NCBI GenBank assembly: GCA_043228905.1
Contig: JBHGNT010000022.1
Location: 496,001-560,000, forward strand
Direction of reading: 5' to 3'
DNA length: 64,000 nucleotides
From: Azolla caroliniana
Taxonomy: Eukaryota > Plantae > Polypodiophyta
Below the pieces are notes generated by a model. The model had not been told where the DNA came from, searched no databases, and was given only the letters and a program-made list of their open reading frames with translations. A program made the translations under genes and the position numbers. Positions 1 through 13,165 of the stretch are shown piece after piece. The stretch's first letter is position 1. The number at the start of each line of letters is the position of its first letter.

Positions 1-189
1 AGATGATATGAGGGATCACAACTCACCTTCACTCATGAACTACCTGCAATGCTCTTACAAATTATGCATCATGACGAAATCATAAATTATCACTGATATA
101 TCTTCTGCATCATGATAAAAATACAAATTAGTCAAGAGAATCATCTCAAACAAACCTCGAACCTCAGGTATGTTTCTAATCAAATTGCT

Positions 190-420
190 AGACATCCAGT
201 CAGCAAGGATAGCAGTTTGATCATAAACCATCATGTCAATAGGACCCCAGATGAGAATAATGGTAAACATATTCAAGTGAATCATCTCACAGCAGGGCCA
301 GCACTAGAGAATAAAAGAGTATGTTCCTAACATAAATATGTTAGACATCCAGTGACCAAGGATAGCATTTTCAATCACAAAACATCATGTCACTTCAACC
401 CCAGATGAAACTAATAGTAG
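190..420. repeat. Degenerate ~153-bp direct duplication in a CHR10 intron
   Basis: GACATCCAGT.A.CAAGGATAGCA.TTT...CATCATGTCA...CCCCAGATGA occurs at ~190 and ~343. Confidence 0.6.
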
Positions 421-825
421 AGAACCTGGTAACTTTCATTTCAGCCAGATTATCTGATTTCATAGTCAACTATGATAAAGAAATGAACCACTTTACCTAT
501 TTATCTGCTGCAATATGGTGTTTTCAAATTTCAAACCTCAAAGAAAACTAGGAGAAAAGTAGAGTTTAGGGTTTAGAGTTCCAGGGTAGCCACCTAGGCA
601 AGGGAGGCACACATTCATACAAAGATGAACGCCTTTACATAGTTTTTTGACCAGCAATCATCACCCTCCAGCCTAGAATGATTTGTGAATAATTAGTTAC
701 CAACAAGGCCTAAAACTGCTACTGAAGAACAACTCGTTTGATATAATGCAATAATAACATAAGCAGCCAAGTTCTGCCAGTACTGACAACAATGTTAGCA
801 TGCTTTTAAAGAACAGGGATCTCAC

Positions 826-3800
826 AGTATCTGCAGCAGTAAGATTAAGCCCAACACCACCAGCTCTTGTTGTCAAGAGAAAGACGAAAGGTTTTTCTGA
901 TCCTGTGCTTTCCGCTAATTTATTACTAGCATCAAATTTACGAGCGGATGCAAATCTCTCTTCAGCTCGGACAGATCCATCCAGTCGTTCATATAGATAA
1001 CCACGATATTCCAGGTAGTCCTGCCATACAATATGAACAAAACGTGTTCGAAATTAATATAAACAGAGTGCTGACATACTGTAAAAACATTTGTCACAAA
1101 TGAATGATCACACTGAAAAGCTGTCACAAACAAATCTCATTTGTGAGAATAGTGTAGCACTTGAAATATTTAGTGGATTTGAAACGTTTACCATTCAGAT
1201 TACATTCAGCCAACAAAATGTTTCTACAATACTATAGACCATTGCATACAAACCTGGAGAATATCTAGGGTACGAGTCATTTGGGCATAAATTAGAACTC
1301 TATGCTTTTCATCATACAACTTCTGAAGTAACAAATCCAGGATAATCATCTTTCCACTCGCCTGGATGTTAAAAAACAAAAAACTGTTTAGCAATGCAAG
1401 AAGTTACTTTTTCACTTTCAAACTTGCACTAGAATGAGAGACACTTTGCATCAAATATGAGCTAGCTTACAGATACTTCTTTTGATTGAAAAGGACATTA
1501 TGTTTAAAAGTCCATACTGAAAACAGCAGACAGAAAATTAACCTGTATCAAATGCTCTCCTTCTTCAAAAGGTTCAGGCTCCACACCATCAAATAAATAA
1601 GGATGGCTGCAAGCCTTTCTTAATTGCACTACCTGTTGAAGCATAGACAGATAATATTTACCAACAGTGGTGCTAATAAATCTGCAAAAGCACATTTTTC
1701 CATCACAAAATTGCAATTTACTTCCAATTTTCTTTCAAAGCAATCACCAAAGCATGTTAAATAAACTTATCTCCTCAAGAACCCTAGGGGAGGTGCAAAT
1801 ACAAAGATCCCCTTAATACATTCAACCCCAGAACCATCTTGATCATGACATTAGGTCACACTCAACCTCAAAAGCCATCTTAACTTTAAAATTCCATTCC
1901 AAACTGTTATCCATCAGCCAAGGTGTTTATCATTTGCAAACTGGTATCCATCAGCCAAGGATTGAATTTGGACGAGTCCAATAAGAGGAAAGCCTAAATA
2001 TGGCTATAGGAATAGTTCAGAAAAGTTGTACCTTTCAGTACAATCCAAATGTACACATTTATGTGAAGCCATTAATATAATAGAATCTGGAGTCCTTGGA
2101 TGGAAAAACATAGGCTAATTGGAAGACTGCAAGCAATACAGCACTATTGACTTTACTTTACACTTTACTAACCTCTATATAAGATGTAATTGTAACGTAA
2201 TGAAAGAGAGGGAATGTCAATGAAAGTTTGTTTTATCTAACTTTAATTTCTCCATCCTTGTACCAATTATAAAATTATAGTTGAATTATTCTTGTAGCTT
2301 TGTGACACATTTCTCGGATGTGTGTATATGGCAAAAAATGTGTTGTGAAGATCGTGCCACAAATGTGCAAATAAGTGGCGTGCCTCTATTTCAAGTTATG
2401 ATCAACAAGATTTTGAGGAGTGAGAAGGTCGATGACAATAACGTTTCGTAGAGCAAGATCTCAATCCTCCAACCTTTAGGCTAGATTAGATAGATCTCAC
2501 CAACTCATCAATATATGAATGAAACCGACCCAATTTTTATTAATCAAGTTGTAATTACAATTAGTGAGGTTTCTCTTCTAGTCACTTCCTTAATCCCTTT
2601 AATCTCCCCACAAATGAGCCCCCCACAAATGAGCCAACCCTTTTCTTTTATATCGCAAGTGCTTCCTCACTTTGGAGACCTCTCCATTCTGGATCGACCT
2701 ATGCTAGAGATCCTTCGAAGACAAAAACCCCCCACAAATGAGCCAACCCTTTTCTTTTATATCGCAAGTGCTTCCTCACTTTGGAGACCTCTCCATTCTG
2801 GATCGACCTATGCTAGAGATCCTTCGAAGACAAAAACCCCCCACAAATGAGCCAACCCTTTTCTTTTATATCGCAAGTGCTTCCTCACTTTGGAGACCTC
2901 TCCATTCTGGATCGACCTATGCTAGAGATCCTTCGAAGACAAAAATTACAACCTTCTAACTTGAGAATCTTACATGTAAAAATAACAAGATTCTTTCATC
3001 ACTTTTTATCTTATTTATTTTTTTACTTAGCAGCATTTATCTTGGTTTGTTGTTCTCAAAGACGAGGCAACACTTAAGATGTAATCTCTTGCTTGGTCTT
3101 ATAGGCCATTTTCACCTCTTAAAAGACGATATTTCTTTCTTTCTTTCTATTGACAAAGTTCATCTTCTTCTTCCTTTCTTTCATATTTGCTTCCTTCTCC
3201 TATTCCTTATTCCTTGTGTTTCTTAAATATTGTCTTCAACGTTCTCTTTACCTTCTTTTTCTCCTTCCCTTCCCTCGACCTGTCTACCTTCCTTTGTTAC
3301 TTCCACATCATGACCCCCTATCTTTTTATCAGGGTTACGGTGATTACCAGACTCGCTAGGGCTAGGGTTAATGTCAGCCTGAGTAGGTCCGGGGCTCATT
3401 CATTTAGTCAGGCCATGCCAAGCAGTCAGTGGCTAAGGTCAATAGGTCAGGCTACACAGGTTTGTCAATGTTGGGCTGCGCAAGGTTGGCAGGCTAGCTA
3501 GGGTCAGCAAGCGGTTGCAGTCATTGGTCTAAGTAGGTTGGGCAAGGTCAGATTGATCGGGCCAAGTAGGTAGACTTTTAGTGCATACGAGTAGCAATCA
3601 ACAGTATGGTTTCAACCGAACTGAACTGCAAAACCGCGGCTTAATGGCTTAATACTGTAAACAGTTCAGTTCAAGTTTTTGTAAACGGTTCAATTTGGGT
3701 TTGGTTCAATTTAGGATCAACAGTTCGGTTTGAAACTTGTGTGGGCACGCTCGAAACGCTCCCTCGTCACAAGATGGCCGAACGTACAAGGAAGACACAA

Positions 3801-6800
3801 ACACACACAAATTCTCGTACACCTTTATGAGGAGAGGTGCATGGGCACACCCGAAACGCTCCCTCATCACAAGACGGCCGAATGTACAAGGAAGACACAA
3901 ACACACACATGAATGCTCGTACGCCTTTATGAGGAGGAGAGGTGCATGGACAAGCCCAAACGGTCCCCTCGTCACAAGACGGCCGAATGTACAAGAAAGA
4001 CACAAACACACGCACAAAATGCTCGTACGCCTTTATGAGGAGGAGAGGTGCATGGGCAAGCCCGAACGGTCCCCTCGTCACAAGACGGCCGAACGTACAA
4101 GAAAGACACGAATAAAGAAAGAAGGAGAGAAAGAAACATGAATGATATCGACCAAAGAGATAAATACGTGTTCGATTCCAACGCAAGAGGACCCTTTATA
4201 AAATAGGGTTTTGTTTACAATGGCAACTTATAGTTAACCACAAGCTCAATCAAAACATAAATATTAAATGCCCTTAGAGACAAAAGCAAATCCGAACACG
4301 GCGAAGATGAACACACGAGCACAACCAAAATGCCAATCCCAACGAACCACGACTACCCGAACGGCGAGCACACGGGCTCACAATGACGAACGGAGCGGAG
4401 CAACGTCGAACCAACGAAGCTTGGGCTCACGAGCACTTTGAGTGCCGACGCAAAGAAGACGAGCACGTGGCGATGGGGGGATGAAGGGGTATGAGATGAA
4501 AAGAAGTGGTGAATAAGGAGATGAAGAGCTTCGAAGGAAAATTGGCGATAGTCTCCTCCTCCCGAATGAGCCCCCCTCGACCTCCTTTTATAGGAAAAAA
4601 AGAAGGGGGGATCGCCAAATTTGTCTTCAATGAAAAAGGAATAAAATTCCTTAAATCACGCTACACTGTAAGTCCAAATTCGAACCGTGCACCTCTAGCT
4701 AGTAGTCAATGTGACTATCCACTAGCCCACTAACTCTTTCTTATATAATATATAATTCTATCTCTATAAATTCATAGCCTATCTCCCCTCTACCTTTTAT
4801 CTGTCCTCTCTCTTACTTTTTGCACGAGCTTCAATACCTCCTTTTCACCCTTTCTTTTCCTTTTTATTTTGCATATGCACAATTAATCGCTTTTGTGTGC
4901 ACACACATTGCACATACACATTTTGACCCCCCTTTCGCCGGTTTTTCCCACTCTCGAGCACGCCACATCACGACAACGTCTTTTAAGAGGCCAAGTCGTA
5001 AGTTGTAAGTGTTGTCTTGTCTTTGAAAACAACAAATCAAAATAAAATTAATATTACTCGGTCAATATAAAAGTAAATAAGATAAAAAGAGGCGAAAGAA
5101 TCTCGTTTTCGACACATGTGACATTCTCAAGTTAGATATATTATAGCTTTTGTCTTCAAAAGATATCTAGCATAAGTCGATCCAGAATGGAGAGGTCTTC
5201 GAAGAGAGGGAACCACCTGCGATGACGGAAGATAATGGTCTTTATTTGTTGATGGCAAGGGTGTTGAGGTTGTGGTCCATGGGGTCGGGGCTTACGTGCA
5301 TGACAAATTGTTATTGCCCAATCTATTATAACCCCTTTGTTATGTCCTGGTTGGGAGTCCATTAAAGTATCCCTAAATTGACTTGTAGCATTAGTAGGAT
5401 TGATGCGGCTAAGGAAATTATGCTATTGTCCTTCAACAACTTTTCCATGTCTCTTGAGTTCTAGCAAGAAACGTCCTAGGCACCGTTGGTCCTCATATTC
5501 CATAACATAAAGTGGCAATGATATCTCCCTCTGATTTCATAAAAGACACTACAGTGACACTGCTTTGCTTTGCCGGGTTTCACTCCTTGATGACGAAATT
5601 GGCAAATTCAAAAATAAATGAAATGAGAGAGAGAGAGAGCAATGAAATGAAAGGATATATTAACACCTTCAAAAAGCCAAATTGACCTATGAAACCAAAA
5701 GTTATATCCATGTGAATCTTATAATTGTACATAAACTATATAGCTCCTATGTAATTAGGCAGTGATCAGAACCGTGGGTACAAGTAATGAGGAGGATATA
5801 GTGAACAAATGAAATAAATGTGTGTATGTGTTGATGCATATCTAGAAGAAGCATTAGCCCACAAATGCTCTCATAGAATGATGTCATATGTCCATGCTCG
5901 ATCTTGAACAATGATACAATGTATCCTCTGATGCAAGCTACCTCTGCTGTGTGATAATCCGCTTATCCTAGGGGCATCACAGTGCACGAAATGAACTCCA
6001 TGGTCAAGCAATATCCTTCTTTGAGGTGCTGGTTGAGCTTGCTCTGAGGTCACTTGCAGCAAACTTCTATAAACGCAGCTACTTTTCAGGAGAGACTCTG
6101 GATCTCTACTAGAAATAAGCCCAAACGGATCTTATCATAGAAGTTCATGACTCAGGAAAATGGTTCAAATCCCTCCCTAACGAGACAGTGAAAGAGTTGG
6201 ATATGCAATATCCAGGACATCATATACATCCATCTTCTGTGATGTGTAGAAGATGTTCCAATAGAGAAAGCCATGTTTTTATCCAACTTCTGAAAAGGTT
6301 TGATTCATGTCTGCCTAGTCTCTAGCTGGGCAAGTTCTTGCCTGATAAATTTGTTACTCTCTGAGTGAGTTAGTGTGATGGAAAAACATACCACTACAAT
6401 ATCCTGACATTCATTTGGAGAGGACTCATGACAGCACCTTGACATCACTCATTAGACATAATAGGTTAGAGCACTTACAATATTCTGCAATGATATCTGA
6501 GATGCCGTTCCTCTCTTTTGCACCAGTTTGGGAAGTTCTTTCTTGAGTATTGAAAGATAGATGGTCTTTTGCAACGGAACTAGTCTTGCCAATCTTCATA
6601 CAGAAAGGAGGGCCATTAAACACAAACTTCCGAAAACATCCATACTATTATTTTTAGGACACAGGGGTGTAAAAGCTTCTTACATTGTGATTTCAGAAAA
6701 GGACGGCAAATCTAGAGTTTTGTTTGCCACTAATGCATCTTTCGTGCGACGAAGCATAAAGACATTTATGATGCTTTTTAGCAGTTTCAGTTCCTCAGCT

Positions 6801-9800
6801 TCTTCATTTGAGTCTGCAACATAAAAGAAAACCTTGCCATGATCATTCATAGCTAGACCTCTATCATAAGAAGTTCCTTTGATACCCACTTATCCCAAGT
6901 GTAATGAAAATGCATATAGTTATTTAAAACAACAATAGAAACTTCATAAGTATTATGAAGATGCATGTAATTATCTAAAATAAGTACATAAAGTTCATAA
7001 TTATTGTGGAGATGCAGATCGTTATCTAAAATAAATGTAGAAACTTCAGGAGTATTATGGAGATACATTCAGTTCTTGAAAATAATTATAAAAACTCTAC
7101 AAGTATGCAACTTATTCACCACCACAGATATGCATCCAGCCTACTATACAATATGTAAACCAAACACATGGCAAACGCACCATGAAAAGCTGAAAATGGG
7201 AATATTGATATGAAATCTTCCAGGTTATTAAAAATCTGAGGCATGCAGAAATGCAGCAATGCCCACAATTCTGTGAGATTATTTTGTATTGGTGTCCCTG
7301 TCATTAGTAACCGCCTTGGAATCATATAGTTGTTCTCCAGAGTTTTATACAGTACCTATATATTAATACAATAAATTGTCCAACAGCTGTTAAAGTCAAT
7401 ATAATCAGAATTAGCATGAATAACATATTTGCACATGGGTTGGCAGTGGTTCAGGCTCATGCCCTATAAGATACAAATAGAGAATTCAACTACTAATTGC
7501 CCACAATGGCCACTAATACCCCCATCAAAGAAGAAAAAGGATCTTTCCATGAGGAAAGCATAAGGTGACTTAAGCAAAATAGTTGAGAAATAATAATAAT
7601 AAAATTCACTGAAATATACAGCACAAATGCATTCTTGTAGCAGATCCTTGGAAATTGGATGATGATGATGATGATGATGATGGAAATCATTATTTTCAAG
7701 TAAACAAGTGTTTAAGGTAATAGGATGCGAGTTTATCAGCACAACTTCTTTCTGATCTGCGCTAAAGATTTCAGATATTTGAACTTTTGCAATCTTCTGC
7801 TATCCTACTTTCCATCATGTTTTCCTTTTAACTAGTTATAGCTATTTTCTCCTCTATGAATGGTGCTTAACTAGTGCTGCCACCGCATGAATCCATCTAT
7901 GGATGTAGAAATAGCGTTGTTACTCATGTGGCTTGAAACTTACCCACCAAAGAATTTCTCACTAGAAACATCCAAGAAGATGAGGCATGATGATGGCCAA
8001 ACTTATTTATATACATATATCTGTATACATGTGTGTGTATGTTCAGCCCACACAAGTGACAAATAGCTATTCTGCACCCATAGATGTACTCACAGGGAGA
8101 TTACTATGGCATCCCAAGAAATTTCCACACAGTCAAACAAAAACTGTTCTATCTCTGCTTAACGAACCTCATGTATGTTCGTGTTCCTTACAATATCTAA
8201 TGGGAAACCTCAGAGTAGAGGTGAAATGTAACAAAAGTAATTTCAATATCGTGCCCTAATTGGCAGAAAAATGCCGTAGATATGCACGCCAATATCCTGT
8301 GAAGCACGCAGAGAATATGAAGGAAACCAGATGTACGTAGTTGCTTCAGCATAGTGAATATAATATTGAGGTATGAATATTGTACATAGAGCTCAGAATT
8401 CAACCCATGCAATGGCAGAAAAGCAACTGAATGGCCAAAAAGAGCTCGCTGAACTTCCATGCTGGAAATGATGGTGCAAGTGATGAATGTGATATACAGA
8501 ATAAACATACATACAGATCTTGGACTTGGAGAACAAAAAGTTGTATTAGCGAATACATTCACAATAAAGGAATTTTGAGTAGAAAGGGGGGTGTGAATTT
8601 CAAAGAATATCTAGGTGTATTATATAATGTATTGCAAATGAAAAATAAATATTTAAAACTTACACTGGAAGAGTTTTTAAGCCTTTGTGCTTCATCAATA
8701 ACAGTGTATTTCCAGCAAAATCGAGAAAGGAAAGCTTCATCAACCATGGCCAGGTCATATGTGGAAAGCAAAACATCAAAAGGAAGAGCTGGATTCTCCT
8801 GCAAAAACATAAACGCCTCTTTAATCAACCAATATCTATTTAGATTATAAGGAGTGCTAATATTTTCGTATCGGATCAAAATTTCCTCACAGTTTTCCCT
8901 AGATTATGGAATCTTAATACTTAATGATAAGAGTAAGCTTCCACATACCCAACATGAAGTTGGCTGGCTATGAACAAATTGACAAATCTCCTTCGAAAGT
9001 TCCATTCGTTCATCTTTATTACCGATATACCGAACAATTCTCAGATTTGGAGCATAATGGGCGAACTCACTTGACCACCCATCAACCACACTTAAAGGGC
9101 ACAGGACAACTATGCAATGACACATTAGAGAAATTTTAAAAAGCCACTCATCCATGGACCATAACCATGAATGCATCATGCATAGATTGTTTTAAGAACT
9201 GTCACATATTTATTAGAACCCTTCAAAACATAACTCTCCATTCTCTCAATTAAAAGTATTATGCAGTAAATGTCCACCTACAGAAAGGTCCTGAAATCTT
9301 TCTCTGAAACTTCAAGTAAGAGATAAATGCAATTGCTTGAAGTGTCTTCCCAAGACCCATCTGCAAAAAACAGCAAATGGTATTGCATACTAACGTAGTA
9401 TAGACACAAAGTATGATACCAATGAGCTCCAAAACTGTCAATCTAAGAGCCTTTTGATTTTTAAGGAAAAACTCATTTAACAAATGAGCTCCTAAACCCT
9501 CAAATCTAAATGCCTTTTAATTCTGAAGGAAATACTCTATTTATTCCAATTTGCATCACTCATAACCTATCAAAAATAGGAAAATCTTTTTTAATCATAG
9601 ATACTCGTAATCATTCAGCTTTATGTTTCCCACCTCCAGCTTCAACAAGTATACAACTTCTTTTTTGACAAGAAATAATCAGGAATCATGTCATAAATTC
9701 CTCATTCTGGTCATAATAAAATGTTTTCTGGGGGTCTCAACATGAATTTCAGCAGTTTTAGTTTTCATTCTGTTTGAACTTTCATAATTGTATTGTTAGA

Positions 9801-10671
9801 CCATGAAATACATGGAAAAATATTCATTATATGATGAAATATTCCAATTAAAACATTTTGTTATCGACGGTAATGTTTTTCCTACCTTAAGGTGTGCAAA
9901 CCTGAAATTTTACATATATAATGACGCATACAGGATAATAGAAAGAATCTGACCTCATCACCTGCACAATCCAAGGCATCACAAAATGTTATATACAGCA
10001 TGATTAAGAACAAAATTTAGATATCTTTATATTAATATGATTTATTAAATGGATCAGATATAGCAGTAACTTTTATATAAATGTATCATATAATATACAT
10101 GCTATTATGATCTATATCTGGCATCTGTTGGAACATCAGCTATCACAAATAGAGTAAGAACCTAAGAGATATGAAATAGGCTGTATGGGATGATCAATAT
10201 GAAGATATTAAGAGTTACATATAAAGTAAAACAATAGAAAGGATACTCTCACTGGAGCATGTTATGATAGAATGGATGCCGTATAGCATATATGATGTTG
10301 AGTAAAGCAGTTCATTCACCAGATGTCAAAGTCTATGGAATTATGGTATCGTATAACAAATATGAAATTTGGCAGCAGTACAATCACCCTTCACCGGATA
10401 TCAAAAAATATACAGAATCGTGTCATTTTTACACCGCATATGAAATTGGGCAGCGCATTACATCTCAATGTCTGATATAGAAAGTGGCATCATGGGCCTT
10501 ATGTGATTTAATTTACATGAAAAGATATATATACATCCGTATGCATATATGTGATCGAATCTATGTACATATTATGTAAGTCTGTCTTCTGTATGTAGGT
10601 ATGCATAAATGTATACATAGATGCAAGAATGTACATATACCTACACGTCCGTAAGCATGCACATAGATACC

Positions 10672-10720
<49 letters not shown>

Positions 10721-10740
10721 ATGCATAAACATGTATGTAC

Positions 10741-10793
<53 letters not shown>

Positions 10794-11132
10794 AAGAAAG
10801 AAAGAAAGATATATTAACGTCTTCTAAAGCCAAAATTGGCCCATGAGACAATTGGTTTACAACAAAAAAATGGGATAATTTACCCATTCATGGAAAGAGG
10901 AGGAATGAATTCACATACCTAAGATGACATTGAAACCTCGGAGGTAGCACCTGATTAGCCATGAGACACCTTGTGCCTGATGAGGCTTCAGCTGAGCAGT
11001 TATTCCCCATAGAAATTTGCACTGGTGTAGGACCTCCTCTGCAGTGAGGGTGGCCTCGGACGGCTCAGATTGAGCAAGAGAGGATGCGAGCTTCAGCCTT
11101 TCCTTGGCATTCCTTCTCTCTACATCTTCCAT
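826..11132 (-). CDS. CHR10: SNF2-family chromatin remodeller, CHR10/ALC1(CHD1L)-like; multi-exon, 3' part continues beyond the left edge
   Basis: Exons read with GT-AG borders: 11132-10919, 9961-9954 (8 nt), 9360-9282, 9109-8949, 8798-8664, 7355-7181, 6813-6684, 6593-6479, 1632-1543, 1361-1254, 1020-826. The spliced product contains LKPHQ..GVSWL, ILGDEMGLGKT (Walker A), [72 protein letters not shown] and [19 protein letters not shown]. The [11 protein letters not shown] motif is typical of CHR10/ALC1. Confidence 0.9.
2621..2945. repeat. Three near-identical 109-bp tandem units in a CHR10 intron
   Basis: Unit CCCCACAAATGAGCCAACCCTTTTC...CTTCGAAGACAAAAA starts near 2621, 2730 and 2839. Confidence 0.9.
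3592..3737. mobile_element. Diverged fragment of the CCGAAC-rich MITE family also present at 50703-51144
   Basis: TAGCAATCAACAG...AACCGAACTGAACTGCAAAACCGCGGC resembles the reverse complement of the 51000-51146 MITE end. Confidence 0.5.
3743..4110. repeat. About 3.5 tandem units of ~100-110 bp, probably within an LTR-element remnant
   Basis: Repeated GGGCA..CC.GAAACG.TCCC.TCGTCACAAGACGGCCGAA.GTACAAG.AAGACACAAACACAC. Confidence 0.8.
4975..5235 (-). repeat. Diverged inverted copy of 2860-3130
   Basis: CTAGCATAAGTCGATCCAGAATGGAGAGGTCT and the adjacent ATTCTCAAGTTAGA / CGTCTTTTAAGAGG match the reverse complement of 2860-3130. Confidence 0.75.
6905..7100. repeat. Degenerate ~52-bp tandem minisatellite (intron)
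   Basis: ATGCA....TTAT.TAAAA....AAACTTCA..AGTATTATG.AG recurs about 4 times. Confidence 0.55.
10676..10810. repeat. Compound (TA)n/(GA)n microsatellite in CHR10 intron 1
   Basis: Directly visible. Confidence 0.9.
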
Positions 11133-12999
11133 TCTTTCTTTCTTTCTTTCTTTCTCTGCCTCAGTCTCTGCCTCTGCCAAGCTCTGCCTTCAACGTATAC
11201 ACTACATGCATATATATATATATACATAATACAACCATTGTACGAACCATACGTGCATTTGCATTCTCGAATGCTTCAATCATTCGAGGATGGTAAATAC
11301 CATACTTTTGTATTTACTTACTATGTATGTACATATACCGTGCATAGTATGAACCTTTACGTACCACACGTGCATTCGCATTCGCGAATACACCCTCGAA
11401 GTATGGTATTTACCGTACTTTTGTATTCATTATAAATCCATACGAATGTTTTTTATAGCATGCGCATTCGTCTGCATTCGTATAAAAAAGCAATGTTTGC
11501 CAATGCATTCGAGTATATTATGTACTATGCATATACGTATACATATACATGTACAACATATGTACACATAAGTATACATACATATACATATGTATCTAAA
11601 TATATACATATATACATAGGTATATATAAACACAAATACATGTACATATACATATGTATCTGTATATATACACACACAAATACATGTATACCCTTGAGTT
11701 TTCTCTATTTCCCATCAAATACCCCCCCCCCTTCTCTCAGGAGTCTTTCATTATTTCCCTGACACATACGCCTAGGTCTTTTCCTTGTCCCCGTGCATAA
11801 GCTCTCTGCATGCACCCTCGCCCCTGGCCTTAGTAGAGGCAATCAATACCTTGGATAATCTCACTATGTCGTGACTCTCTTCTTCTCAGATTCAAAAAAA
11901 CCTTTGGCATTTCACTTGCAAATACTTAAGGAGTGTTGTTCCATTGCTTCTCGTATAACACTACCTTGTTATATAGTCTGTCATGTCCGACAAATATAAA
12001 AAAATCAAATGAAAAATGTCGCAAGAGCCTTTGACCAATAAAAAGGTTCTTCTCTCTCCTCACAATGGAGTGTGGGAATGAGCCCCAACATGAGTTGATC
12101 GTCTATCCTATGTTAAGTCGTGAATGATTTTTCTCCACAATTTGTAGGTTGCTCAACATGTTGTCGTGCAAGCCACCCTTCATTTGGTGATACGTTTATG
12201 GTAGTGACAATGCCACCCCTTCTCCAAGGCATACCCTCGACCCCACTCGAGGCAATCTACTCAATGCAACCATTGCTTTAACACCACTTAGTTTATACTC
12301 ACTATGATGTAAAACAATGCATTGAGGCACAAGTGATGAGAGTAGTTGATTATGCACATTTTTCTCTAAACAAGTTCGAGAGTCTAAGTGTCACGACTCA
12401 ATGCAACGCTCTACCTTTATCACATTCAACTATGGGTAAAAGCATGCGAGTGGAAACACTATGGGTAAAAGCATGTGAGTGGCCATAACTATTTAGCTAT
12501 TTGTTTAACTAGTTTTTTGTGGGAAAATCATAATGATCATTTATGAAATTTTATGCTTTATTAGTTAAATATATGACATTTAAATACATGTCATTTAATT
12601 TTTGAGAATACTCAAAAATTTGAACTTTCGTTTCTAACGTAGTGGAACTTGGGGAACAGTGCCTTCATCTAAATTCGACTTGAATGTCACCAAATTCCTG
12701 TTAATCCTAAGTTTGAGTTTGAAATCCAAACAGATGGAGTACTTTGAGCATGAATGTAGACGAAGCTCCCGCAACAGCGCAAAAACTCTGATATCGAAGT
12801 TACACCTTGAAAGTTACAACACACCACCAGTTCGATCCTCGTCCAGGTATGTAACTTTGTTTATGTGATTGTAACTTTGTTTCATGTTCGTCTTTTATAA
12901 AAAAAGATTAGGGTGAAGTCGTTGGAGTCCCAAACAAGGATGTCTCGAAGATCGGGGTGTAGTAGCAAGTGTGTTTTTTATTGACAAAAAATTTGATTA

Positions 13000-13165
13000 G
13001 GGTTTATTTCATACATATTTCAGATTAGGGTTCCTAATTTCCTTAAATGGTTGATTTCTTATTAGGGTTTCTGATTTCCTTAAGCGGTTGATTTTTTATT
13101 ACAATTTTTTATTAGGGTTTCTAATTTCCTTAAGCGGTTGATTAATTAGGGTTTCTGATTTCTGA
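13000..13165. repeat. Cluster of telobox-like TTAGGGTTT repeats
   Basis: ATTAGGGTT(T/C) recurs 5 times, most copies followed by CT(G/A)ATTTC. Confidence 0.6.

Noticed and set aside
2621-4110. Regularly spaced repeats that could suggest a CRISPR array
   Set aside because: The units are contiguous tandem copies with no unique spacers, the context is a eukaryotic intron, and no cas genes are present
2515-4186. ORFs of 100-139 aa over the tandem arrays
   Set aside because: They are by-products of repeats inside a CHR10 intron and show no domain motifs
5860-6420. Possible retroelement coding remnant in the CHR10 intron
   Set aside because: Frames are broken and I could not name a motif
11133-11180. 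N-terminal extension [16 protein letters not shown] of CHR10
   Set aside because: It starts at TTG in a GA-rich repeat; the first ATG is at 11132
10508-11762. YI/IY-rich ORFs
   Set aside because: They are translations of (TA)n microsatellites
11690-12700. Left terminus (TIR) of the putative CMC element
   Set aside because: No CACTA/CAC-type end or convincing inverted match to 30350-30570 was found by eye
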